Of a DNA stretch of 64,000 bases, positions 40,201-52,200 are shown one piece after another; positions within the stretch are counted from its first letter, which is position 1, and each line of letters opens with the position of its first letter. The translations under genes were made by a program, and so were the position numbers. The notes beneath the pieces were generated by a model. The model was not told the DNA's origin and did not search any database. It worked only from the letters and a program-made list of their open reading frames with translations. The stretch is from assembly GCA_040756875.1 (NCBI GenBank), contig JBFLYH010000001.1, forward strand, positions 1,024,001-1,088,000, written 5' to 3'. The stretch comes from a candidate division FCPU426 bacterium (lineage in GTDB: Bacteria; Oederibacteriota; JAAXVQ01; JAUVAV01).

Positions 40201-43200
40201 CTCTCCACGAGCAGGATATTCTTGCCGGACAGGTCCGGGTACGCTTCGCCGTCCGCGCGCCGGACCTCGCCCGCCTGCCCCTGCAGAACATCCAGGGGCG
40301 TCTGCGGATAATCGATGTCGTCGCGGCGCAAGCCGACCACGACCACCGGCCGCTCCGCGATGGGCAGGCCGGCGTATAAAGCCCGGTACTCCGCCATGAA
40401 GGCATCGAGTTCGTGCCGCGACGGAGAGCCGAGCACGATCAGCGGCCGGCCGGACAGGTTGAGGTCCAGCCGCAGCCTGGCGGCCGCGGCTTCGGGCACC
40501 TGCTCCGGCACGCCGTATTTCAGGGGCGCGTAATTCACGGCCACGCAGCTGACGTCGTTTTTCTCAAAAGGCGCGGCTGCGAATTGGTTGTCGCGGAAAG
40601 TCAGGCCTACGGCCGAGCGGTTTTCGACTGATTGCGGTTCCCGGGCCCACTGCGGGAATTCCCTGGCCGCCAGGCCGGCCATGCCGGGTTCGCGTTCCTC
40701 GTTGACGCCGATCACGACGTCTTCGGGTTGCAGACTCAGGGCCCGCACCAGGCCCTGTAGGGCGCGGGCCGAGGCGGTTTCGTACAAATTCAACTTCAAT
40801 TTCTTGCCCAGGGTCCGCAGTAAGGCCGGAACCAGGCCGGCCGCTGTGGAGGCAGAGGCAAACGCGGCATTGCGGCCGATCATCCCCTGCCGCCGGGCGT
40901 TCCGGAACCAGCCAAGGATCACGGAGGCGGCGTCGTATTGATCCGGGTCAGCCAGCAGCAGGTTGAGCCAGCGGATTTTTTGGGCCGGTTCCGCGGTTTG
41001 GTCGCTCAACAAGCCGGTGATCAGATCCTGCCGGCCGTCAACCGCCAGGAATTCCAGGCCCGCGCGCGTTATTTTTTCGAGTTCGCCCGCCAGGGTGGGG
41101 TCTTTGGGCAGCAGGGGCATGACGCGCAATAATCGGGCCGCTTGTTCCGGTTTGATTCCCCGGAATTTGACCACCGCCTGCTGCAGGGATGAACGGGCCA
41201 TCAGCAGGGTCCGGAAATCCAGGTTCGCGAGGCCCCGCTCCCAGGCTTCGGCCAGCCGGTCCAGTACCTGGCGCGGCTCCCCGGCTTGGAAAGCGCTGGC
41301 AATGGCTGCGTTGTAGTCGACCGGAATTTCCGCCGCGCCGGTCCGGAATCTGCCCCATTCCGCAAACAAAGCGCGCGCTTCTTCGGCCAGCCAGGCCAGG
41401 CCGGGCAGGCGCTGCCACCACGCGATCAAGCCGGCCGAAGTCCGGTCAGCCAGGTAATGATGAAGTTCGTGCGCCACCACCTGCAGGCGCCGGGATTCAG
41501 GCAGGGAGCGGAGATTGGCGTGGAACGCCAGCGCGCGGTCCGAGGGCGAATAATATGCCGCCGGGCCGAAAAGGAGCAACAGACGCCAGGGCGATATTTT
41601 CAGGGACTCGATCCGCAATAATCTCAGGCTTTCGGGAATCGCCTCGGTTTCTCCATTCACCCACGGCAGCCAGTCCGCAGCCAGGGGAACCTTGAACCGC
41701 ACATCCAGGAGGCTGCGCATATCGCGGCGCAGGTCCTGCATGTCGTACGCCCGGTCAGCCGGTTTGAACAAGCCGAGCACCAGGGGCAGGCGCCAGGCAA
41801 AATGCGGCAGCAGCGCCACCGCCAGGCCAGTGCCCCACCCTAAACCAGTTTGCAGGCCCGAGGCCCACAGCAGCAGGTCCACCACCACTCCGGCCGCGAT
41901 TCCCGCCAGGCCGAGCACGCCCAGAGGCTGCCGTGGAGCTTCGCCCTCCGGCGCCCGGGCCTTTCGCTCCACAATGAACATTTTGGGCATCGAAGCCATG
42001 GGCGTCGCGGATTCCAGGTTGGAAGCCGGATAGTCCGCGGGCAGGTCCGCTTCAACCCAGTTCAAATCAGGATCAGCGGCAGCCAGCTGCTCCAGCCGCC
42101 GGCGCGTATTGGCGATGAAATCTTGTTCCTCGGTGTAGGCGTGCGTAATCACGAGCAGGCCGCCGGGTTTGACCAGGCCCAGGGCCGGCGCGATCAGGTC
42201 GTTGTTATCGATGTTGTTCAGCGTGACCAGTTCCTGGGCTTGGGGGTGCAGGCCCACGGCGGCCAAATCCTGCGGGGAGTGGATGTCCGCGTACTGCACG
42301 CGCAGTTCCTCGGGCGCCGCGCGGTCCATGATACCCTGCTCCACACTGACGCCCGTGGAAACGCCGAAGCCCAGCTGCTGCACCAACTGGCGCAGGTTGC
42401 GGCCGAACTCGGCGCGCGCGCCGGCCCCCAGATCCGCAAACGCCAGGCTGGCCCGGCCGGTAAAACGTTTCTGCAGGAAGGCGCCGAAAGACCGGCTCAT
42501 TTCCTGAAGATCGGAGGCCTGGGCCTGCCTGAGGCGGCGTTCGGCCAGCAGGTTTCTAAGGTAGTCTGACTGCGTGTAGCCGAGGCCGAGCCGCACCTGG
42601 TTGGTTCCCGGCAGCACCTGAAGCGCATGCATGGCCAGGCCGCCGATGATCTCAGGGCGGGTCAGTTCCACGCCGCCGATGCTGACCGTCGCGCTTGAAG
42701 CCAGGAAGGCTTCGATCGCCTGCATGGTGGGCTGGTTCCGGCCGTTCCGGACGGCCTGGATCAATTCCCGCCTGGACAGGTCCGCGGGCTCGAGCGCCAT
42801 CTGGTTGTTGTTCCGGCGCACAGGCACCACCAGGCCGGACATAATGCTGCGGTAGGCTTCAAACAGGGTCAGCCGCTCGGCTTGCCGGATTTGCTGCAGC
42901 CGTTCGCGCTCGGATTTGGAGACTTTGGGTTTCTTGTCCTTGCCCTTTTTAGCCGAAGGTTTGGCAGCCTGAGGTTGCACGCCGCGGGTTACAATGTCGG
43001 CCACCTCGATCGTGTCCACGCCGTTTTGCAGGGCCCAAGCCAGCAGGGCATCAGCAGCATCCTGCCGGGCGCCAATCAGGTTTTCGACGAAATCCACGAT
43101 TTTCAGCCCGACCACATGCCTGGCCAGGACCTTGTTCTCGTAACTCCACACCATGCGGCCGTCCCGGATCGCCTGGTAGGATTCGATGCGGTGGCTGGCA

Positions 43201-46200
43201 AAGCCAAAAGGTGCAATGGCCGCGCGCACGAATTCAGGGTCCTCGCTCACGGACCCGCGGATGCTGCCGTTGCGGATGTCCTCCAAGGGTGACTCGAGGA
43301 AAAGCTTCAGGAAGGCATCGGCGCTGGCCTTGCGGGTTCGGTCCAGTTCTTCGGCATAGGCAGCCGGGTCCTGCCCCACCACCCGCACGCCATAGCGGCC
43401 GTCCGCGAACACAGGCACCAGCCGGCCGGCCCGGATGTGGCGGATGGTTTCGAAAAGATTGGGCTGCGCCGGGGTGTCGACCACCCGGCCCTGGGCATCC
43501 ACCAGGTCGATGTACACCACGCCGGTCTCGGGCAGCGGTTCGACCAGAGATTGCTCCCGCTCCTTGCGTGACCGCTGGATGAGGGCGAAGATCGGCTCAG
43601 CCGGCCTGCCCACAATGCCGACCTGCTTGACGCCGTCCCGTTCCCGATAGATCAGGCGGCCTTCGCGCACGTACTGGTCCACGTCCTCCACAGTGGGCCA
43701 GACTTCGTCCGGGATCTGCTTTTGCGCCTGGCTTCTTTCCATATATATCTGCCCGGGCTTCAGGCTCAGGGCATAATCGTCGGCTGCCCGGTTCCGGGCG
43801 GCCGTGACTTCGGCCATGTATTCCGGGGTGCCCATGTCCACCACGTACATTTGCAGGGCGTTGGTTTTGGGGTTATGGCGCCAGCCCAGTTTGCCCTGCA
43901 TGATGCCTTCCCGGACTTCTTCCACATTGGGCCGGTTGAAGCCTTCGAACACATCCAGGCCGGTGTCGCTTTCCAGGTCGACGTACAGGGTTTCTCCGGG
44001 CAGTTGATCTTCGAACTCATCCTGGATTTTCTGCCGCCCGGCTTCCAGCACCCGGAAATAATCCGCAGCGCGGATGCCGGTCAGGCGCAGCCAAACCCCG
44101 CCATCCGGATAAACGGTATAGCGCAGCCAGCCCTCGCGCAGTCCGCGCTCCGCCTCCTGGGTGTTGGGATGACCGAGATAAGCGTGGGCAGGGGCGGCTT
44201 CCAATTCTTCGTCAGACAGCATCAGGCCCATGGCCCGTTCGTTTTCGTCGAACAGGCGCTGGAACTGCTCAGCTGCTCCGGCGCGCGCCTGGCGTATGTT
44301 TTCCAGGTAGTCCTCGGCTGATCCGGCCACCAGCGCGGGCAGGTCCCTGCCCTCCTGGGTTTCGATGGTCAGACGGCCCGAAGCCACGGCCAGGTAGGCT
44401 TCTTCCCGGTTCAGGCGCAGCGCGCCTTCCCGGGCGCCAACCAGGGGCAGCATATAATCGCCGGTAGCCTGGGTCTGCTGCCAGAGGCGTTCAGCCCATT
44501 CCACCCGGGCTTCGTCCAATTGATTCAAGTACTCCTCGAGGCTTATTTTCCTCGGGGTTACGACTACCTGGCCGTCCGCTTCCCGCCAGGTCAGGCGGCC
44601 TTGGCGGATGTCTTCGTACGCTTCGAGCACATTGGGCCGGGAATCATCCTCGCCCGCGCCGGCCAGTTCCACGAACACCTGGCCGTCCGCCAGGGCCCGG
44701 CGGAACATGCGGGCTTCGTATTGCTGGTTCTTCTGCCGCTTCTCCTCGGCGGTCATCTGGCCGCCCCGGGATTTGTTGCTCTTGGACATGAGGAAGGGCG
44801 CCTGCAGCAGGGGGATCAGGTCCGTGGTGCCTGCGGGCTGCACGAAACGCACCGGGCTTTGCACGGTGATTTGGGGCCAGGGCAGGCGGGCCAGTTCAGC
44901 CCCCAGGGCGCGGGCTTCCTCGGCGAGCCAGCTCAACCCGGGCAATTGCCGCCACCCGGCGCGCCGGCCGGCAGGCGCCTGTGCAGCCAGATAATGATCC
45001 AGCTCGTGCGCCACCACCTGCAGGCGCCGGGCTTCGGGCAGAGAGAGCAGATTGGCGTGAAGGGCCAGCACATCGGCGCCGGGCGAGTAGAACGCCGCCG
45101 GGCCGAAAAACAGCAACAGGCGCCAGGGCGACAGGCGCAAGGTCTCGATGCGGAGGTTCCGAAGCTCGGGCGGGACGTTCTCGTTGGCGCCCCGGATCCA
45201 GGGCAGCCAGGCCGCAGGCAGGGGCACTTTCAGGCGCACGCCCTGGAGCTTGCGCAAGTCTTCGCGTAAATCTTGCAAACCATAGGCCCGGTCAGCTGGT
45301 TTGAACAAGCCGAGCACGAGCGGCAGGCGCCAGGCAAAGTACGGAACCAGCAGTGTGGTCAGCCCGGTTCCCCAACCCAGGCCGCCCTGCAGCCCGGCGG
45401 CCCACAGGACCAGGTCAACCGCCAGGCCGGCGAACACCGCGGCCAGGCCCAGGACAGGCATGGGTTGTTTGGCTCCTCTTCCCGCTGCCGGAGTCTTTGC
45501 CGTCTGCGGCCGGGAGATGATGTGCACTTCGTTTTCTTCGTCGTCCGGGTTGATGGTATCCAGGACCTCCAGGCCGTTGGCTTCAGCCTCGGCATAGATC
45601 AAGCCGGCCGCGTCACCCCGGTTCCACACGATGAGGCGCCCGCGGTCAGGAACCAGGGATTCGCCGGTGCCCAAAGTCAGCTGGCGGATGAACTCGCCGT
45701 TGTCTCCGTCCGCATAGCCGGCGAGGCGCTTGGGCCGCAACTGGCCGTTGTTGACCAGCACCTGCCGCACCCATTGCGCGATTTCCTCCAGCGTGCCGGA
45801 CACTCCAGCCAGGAACTCCCTGGCGATCTGGGCGTAAAAGCCTTTTTCTTCCTCGGACATGCGCTTCACGAACGGCGCATTGGAAAAGATCAGCGCAAAT
45901 TGCTCGCCCGCAAAGGCCCATTGGCCGTCCCGGGACATTATATTGTCGTGCACCTTGGCAATCAGCGGGAACCCCGCGGCTTTGGCCAGGTAGCGGGAAT
46001 TGGCCACTTCGAAGGGATTGATGCCCACGGCATACACCGGCAATCCGGCACCCAGCCAGGCGATCCAGGCGTCAATGCCCGACCCCGGGCCCACCACCAG
46101 GATTTTATCGTCCTGGGCGAGTTTTTCGTTTTTGCCGGCGATATAGATGCTTCTCAAGTACATATAATCCGCGAGGAAATTCTGGCCGAGGCCGGTTTCG

Positions 46201-49200
46201 CCTTCGCCCAGGGCCGGCGAATAAACCGTGGGAAAAACCGGGAACAGCACGCGTTTGACCTCGGGCCGGGCGTCATAGAAACGGTCCAAAATCCCGCCCT
46301 GCGTGCGAAGGACATCCGCAAAATCGAATTCCATGAACCAGGGCATGAACAGGCCCATTTCCTCCACGAACTGCGCGAAGACGAATGGTTTGTGCCCCAG
46401 GTCCGGCACTTTGGTGACAATCTCCGCCAGCCCCCTGCTTTCCAAATACTGGCGGATGGCCTGCTGGTCAGCCTGCCACTGTCCGGCCTGGTCCAGCCAG
46501 TGCTGTTTGAATTCCCGGTCATCCCAAGCCGGAAGCGCAAAATTGAAAGCCGAGAAGTCGAAGTAATTGAGCGGGTGCGTATCCCGGTTCGGAAATTCAG
46601 CCAGCAGTTGTCCGGACACTACCGGGAAAACGGCCAGCAGCTGCCCCTGGCGGTTGTAAAGCAGCTCGAACTCCCGGGTGGGCCCCAGTTCATTGTGCAG
46701 CACGTCAATGCCCTGCGGCGGTTCGGACGGTTTGGCCCGGACCGGAGCCAGGATGCGCTGCACGGTCAGCCGGGTGGTTTCATCGGTCCGGGTTTCCAGC
46801 ACCCGGGCGCTTTCCAGTTCCAGCACCTGCAGCAGTTCGTGCGCCGGCGTGCCTTCGGTCCGGGCCAGCAAGGCCCCGACATCCACCCGGTCCGAATCAT
46901 CCGCGGGCCGGGCTTCCGCTTCCGGCGCGCGCGCCTGTTCTGCCGCGACATCGACCTTTTCAGTCTGGCATAGGAGAACCATGGCGTTCCCGCGGGTACC
47001 GACCTGCCGGAAGCCCAGGCCGTTGTAGAGATTGACCGCCGCTTCCTGGATTTCCGAGGTCACCAGGGAGATGTTCCGGGTTTTTTCCTGGGGATAGGCG
47101 GCAAAGCCCTGGGCCTTGAAATCCGCCATGGCCTGCAGCATCAGTTTCCGGCCCAGCCCCAGCCGGCGATAGGCCTCGTCGACCACCAGGGCTTTGATGT
47201 ACAGGGTGGGTGTGTCGATGTTGGCCAAGACGCTTGCAGGCCGTTCATAGGCAATGAGCATGGCCACCGGTTCGCCGGCGGCGTTTTCGATGACATAGCT
47301 GCGGTTCCAGCGGTTGAACCAGCGCACGCCGTTGACGACTTCGGCATCGAGGTCTTGCGGATGCATGACCGGCAGATGAGGATCGCGGTTGTGCAGGTCG
47401 AGCAAGGCCTGCTGTTTGCTGCGGGCATACGCCCGGTCCAGCGGGCGCAACTCCTGGACCGAGTTTTCGCCGGGCAGTTGCGCCGCCTTCCGCCCCGCCT
47501 GCTCGGCAGCCAGGGCCTGCCATTCGCCTGCCAGCCAGCTCAACCCGGGCACTTGCCGCCACCAGGCGCGCCGGCCAGCAGGCGCCTGCGCGACCAGATA
47601 ATGGTCCACTTCATGCGCCACCACCCGCAGGCGCCGGGCTTCGGGCAGGGAGAGCAGATTCGCGTGGAAGGCCAGCGCATTGGCACCGGGCGAATAGAAC
47701 GCCGCCGGGCCGAAAAACAGCAGGAGGCGCCAGGGCGAAATTTTCAGGGAATGGATCCGCAATGATTGCAGGTCTGCGGGAACTTCTTCGGTTTGGCCGC
47801 TCACCCAGGGTAGCCAGCGTCCGGGCAGGGGCACTTTCAGGCGCACGCCTTGCAGTTTGCGCAGGTCTTCGCGCAGGTCCTGCAGGCCATAGGCCCGGTC
47901 AGCTGATTTGAACAAGCCGAGTACGAGCGGCAGGCGCCAGGCGAAATATGGAACCAGCAGAGTGGTCAGCCCGGTTCCCCAGCCCAGGCCGCCCTGCAGC
48001 CCGGCGGCCCACAGGACCAGGTCAACCGCCAGTCCGGCGAACATTGCCACCGCGCCCAGGGCAAACAGCGCCTGCTGTGCGACCCGTCCGGGTATCTCGT
48101 ACCTGAGAATCCGGCCGCTGGGCGTTTCCTGGAACCCGGATTTGACAAGGAACTGTTTGGTTTCCTTCCATTCCTCGGTTCCCTCGGCTCCGGGCCCCTG
48201 CTGGAAAGAGATTCTTTCGATGTTGGTTTCCTGATACAAAAGGCCGGGAATGGTCATGGCCTTCATGACCAGCAGCAGGACCTGGCGCCCGTAACCCTGC
48301 CGCAAAAAGGGCGGATAAATCCGGATGCCGATTATTCCGGTTCGCGACCGTTCATTGTCCCGCGCGATGAGCGCATGTCCGATGACTTCGCCCTGCTGGT
48401 TCTGAATGACGACGATGTATTCCTCGGGTTTGGTATCCTGGTTGCGGAAAGCGGTCACCACCACCGCGCCGGCCTGGAACCGGCGGCCGTGGTATAAGTC
48501 CAGGCGTTCCTCGAAGGGCATGGGCCTGCCGCCCTCCTCCAGGATGGCGTATCCGTGGCGGGCGTGGGCGGCGCGCAAATCGCGGAGCAAATCCCGCACC
48601 AACTGATCGTCACGGTAGTTAAAGACCTTGGTTTCGACCTCCAGGCCTTGCGCCTGCTGCCAGGTAGCTTCGGCTGTGCTCAGGACAGCCGCGGGCCTCT
48701 GCCGGGCAAACGCGTTGGCGAGGCCTTCGGCCTGCTGCGGCAGGTCCAGGGCGCGGCCGCGCAGGTTGAAATCCGTGCTGAAACGGAACCGGGTCTCGCG
48801 GGTCCCGGTGCCACGGTCGCGGATCTCCAGTTTAACGCCGGCGAGAGCGACATCCAGCCCGGCGGGTTGGGAGACCACTTCGTATCGGCCGTCCGCGCGC
48901 CGGATCTTGATTTCACCGGCTATATACTGCCGCCGCAGCGGCCCGAAGGAATTATAGAGGTCCACGCGGGGATCATCCAGGCGGTTCCAGGCCTGCTGGT
49001 CCGGTTCCTGCATTTCCATGGTCCCGGCCTGGAACAATTCCAAAGCAATGCCGAGCATGGCCGGATTGCGGACACTGTCAAAGACCAGGGGCATGGGATT
49101 GTCCGGATAGAGTTCCCGGGCCAGGCCCTGCAGCCAGCGGCTGACAGCCAATCCCCAGCCCTGCCCTTCCACGGGTTCAGTGGCTTCTATATTTAATAGC

Positions 49201-52200
49201 CGCAGGTGGTCCCCGGCCAGTTCAAAACCCACGGCCAGGCTGCCTTCCGGCAACTGGGTGGAGTACAGGAATTCATAATGGCCTTCGACGAGAATCCGCT
49301 CCCGGAAATGCAGGGCAAGCCGGCTGCCCGGCTGCCGCGGGTTGTCCACGGTCACGGTCCTGGGCACGTCCTCGCCGGTCTGCCACTCCGGTTCGCCGTA
49401 TTGGACGCGCTGGACCGGCGCGCCTTCGGTAGGGCCAGCGGTTTCCAGGCGCGCAACCAGTGCCCGGTCCACCGCGCCCTCCTGCAGCAGGCTGTCGAGC
49501 GAAACACGGCCGTCGTAGAATGCCAATCGGCGGTAAGGCGTGCCCTGTTCATGCGCGTCCAGAAAGTTTTTCAGGGCCAGGCCGGCGGCGCGGAACCCGG
49601 CCCGGTCTCGGCCCTGGTCATCGCGTGCTACGATAACACCGGGCTGGCCGGTTACGTCTTTTGCCGGTCCCAGGAAAATCGGAAAGCGCAGGCCCGGCAG
49701 GCCGGCGTCGGTCAGGAAATCATCGATCACCGAATCGCCCAGGAGCAGGAGCGCGCCCGCGGCCGGAAGATTTGCAGCCCAGGTCCGCACGTGGTCACGC
49801 TTGCGAGCCAGGCTGAATTTGGCGTAATCAGTCGAAGCGCCGGCCATGAATTCCGGGAACTGGTCCGCCAAACCCCATTTTCCGAGCAGGGCCTGCGCGC
49901 CGGCCAGCACGTCCCTGCCCTCGACGATTGTGTCGTGTGAGGAAAGGTTCACTTCGTAGTCATAAGGCTGGAAAAAGGCCGTGGTCCGGCCTTTAACCAC
50001 AGCCTGGAAGCGGTCTTTAATTTCCAAAAAATCGTTGCTGGCTTCGATGGCCGCCAGTTCGTTTTCCAGGTCCAAGCCCTGCTGCCGGCCAAGCAGCCGC
50101 AGATAGGACAATGCCAGGGCTTTGCCCAGGGAGATCTGTGCGGCCGGTTTGACCACCGGGCCTTGCCGGCGTTCGAAGCGCGTGGTTCCTTGTGCGTCAA
50201 AGGTGAAGGTCTCGCGGCCGGTGTTGGCTTGGATTTCCAGGTTGGCCAGGGCCGCCAGATCGCCGGTTTTGCCCAATTCGGTCCGGAGTTGCCGGATAAT
50301 GCGGAGCTCGAGAGAATCCTGGTCCCGAATCTCGGTCCGTTCCACAAAATCCCGCGGATCGTTGGAACGGAATATTTTACTGGTCTGCGCCGCGCGGCCC
50401 GGACTGCCGCTGATTAAAAGCACGGGAATCCCGGCCTTGAGGGCGCGCACGATTTGATCCAAAGCCTGGCGCGTCAGCGGCGCGACGGGGGTGTCGGTCA
50501 GGGTCAGGTCCACGTCCGCGACCAGGCCGCGCAGGCGCACGGGCGCGTTGGGGTCCAGACCGGCCGGAGTCTGCGCCAGCACGCGGTCCTGCCAAGCCTG
50601 ATCCGTGGTCATTCCCATGGCGCCGACAACCGGCCCCTGAGCCGTTGCCAGACCCGGGGCAGCCAGCCGCTCCCGGATCAGGTTCGCGAAAAACGTCTTT
50701 GTCTCTTCCCCGCTCTCCCGGCCGGTAAGGCGCTCGCGGCCGCGCTGCACCGCCTCCTCCAGGGCCGACAGCGGCAATCCGAGTTTTCCGGCTAGTTGGG
50801 CGGATTCACTGCGCGCGGCTTCCACGAACCCCGCGCTCATTTCCGGCGATAGGCCCGGCAGCCTGCCAAACACCGCGTGCTCGTATAAATCCGCCAGGTA
50901 GCCGCCGATTTGATCCAGGCGGCTGGCCAGGGTCCGGGCCGCTAATTCTTCGGCCGTGAAAACCCTGGCCGACCCCTCGGGGAAATCGCTCTGGCCGCGG
51001 GGCAGCTGGACCGTCAGGTTCAGGGGCACTTCGGCATATCCGTCGTAGTCGATTCCCACCAGCCGGCGCGGGCCTTCGCCCACCGGCGTTTGCAGGAAAA
51101 ACGGCATGGCCGCGCTGGCGTTTTCGTCAATGAGGCCGCGGATTCCAGCCTCCGCCTCGGGCCCGAGGTTGCCCACCGCACTGGCTGGAGCGGAAATGCG
51201 GCCGGCGTCGTCCCGCAGCCAGATGCTCACCCGCTCATCGGGCTCAACGCGCAGCGTATAGCGCCAGTTGCCGCCCCCAATATAATAATGAACCAGGGTG
51301 CCGACCGGCAGGAGGCGCAGGTTGATCCACTGGGCCCTCTGCGAACGCTTAGGGTCCAGAACCGGCGGCGCGCTTTGGTCTTCAACGCGGACCGCAGGTT
51401 TGCGGCTGGTTCCGAACTGCGACATGGCCAGGGGCGCGAAACGGTTCACGGCGAAATGAACCAGGAAAGCGGAGGCCAGAACCACGGGCAGCGAGCTGGA
51501 GACCGCCAGCAAGCCGAGATTAAGGACCGCGATAAGGGCCGCCAGCGCGAGATTGAGCGCCGGCGCGCGGCGGCCGGCTGAATCGGCGATGAAGTGCAGG
51601 CCCAGGAACGCGGGCCAGGCCAACAGATAGGAAGCCCTGGCAGCCAGCGCGATGTCGCCCGTGGCCCAGTAGAGCGGCACGCCCAAAAGCAATCCCGCGC
51701 CGGCCAACACCAGGCTGTTCTCCAGCCAGAACGCCACCCAGCGGTCGTAGCGGCTGCTGCGCGCCTGGCGCGTGGCTTCGTCCGGGTTGCCCCGGTTGAC
51801 ATACCATTCTTTGACGCGCGGCATGATGCCGCCGGCAGCGAAGCGGCCCTGCATGGCCTTTTCAGCGGCCTGCACGTCCGCTTCGGCGGGCATTTCGAAA
51901 TATTTGCCGGCAAACCGGGTCGGCTGTACTTTAGTTTCAGGTTCGCCCTGCACCACGGTTTCCGGCCGCGGCTGCAGGGACACCGGCGTATCCAGTTGCA
52001 GGTAAGGCACGAACCGGGTGGGATCGAAGATCAGCCACTCGCCGTCCACCTTGACCAGCAGCACGCCGTGCGCTTCGTTTTCGGTCAACAGCGAATTGCC
52101 ATCCACATTCGAAAGGCCCATGGCAAAAACCGCGTCCAGGCCCAAGTAGCGCAAATAAATAAACGCGTTCATGGCCAGGGCTTCGCAATCGCACAGGAAA

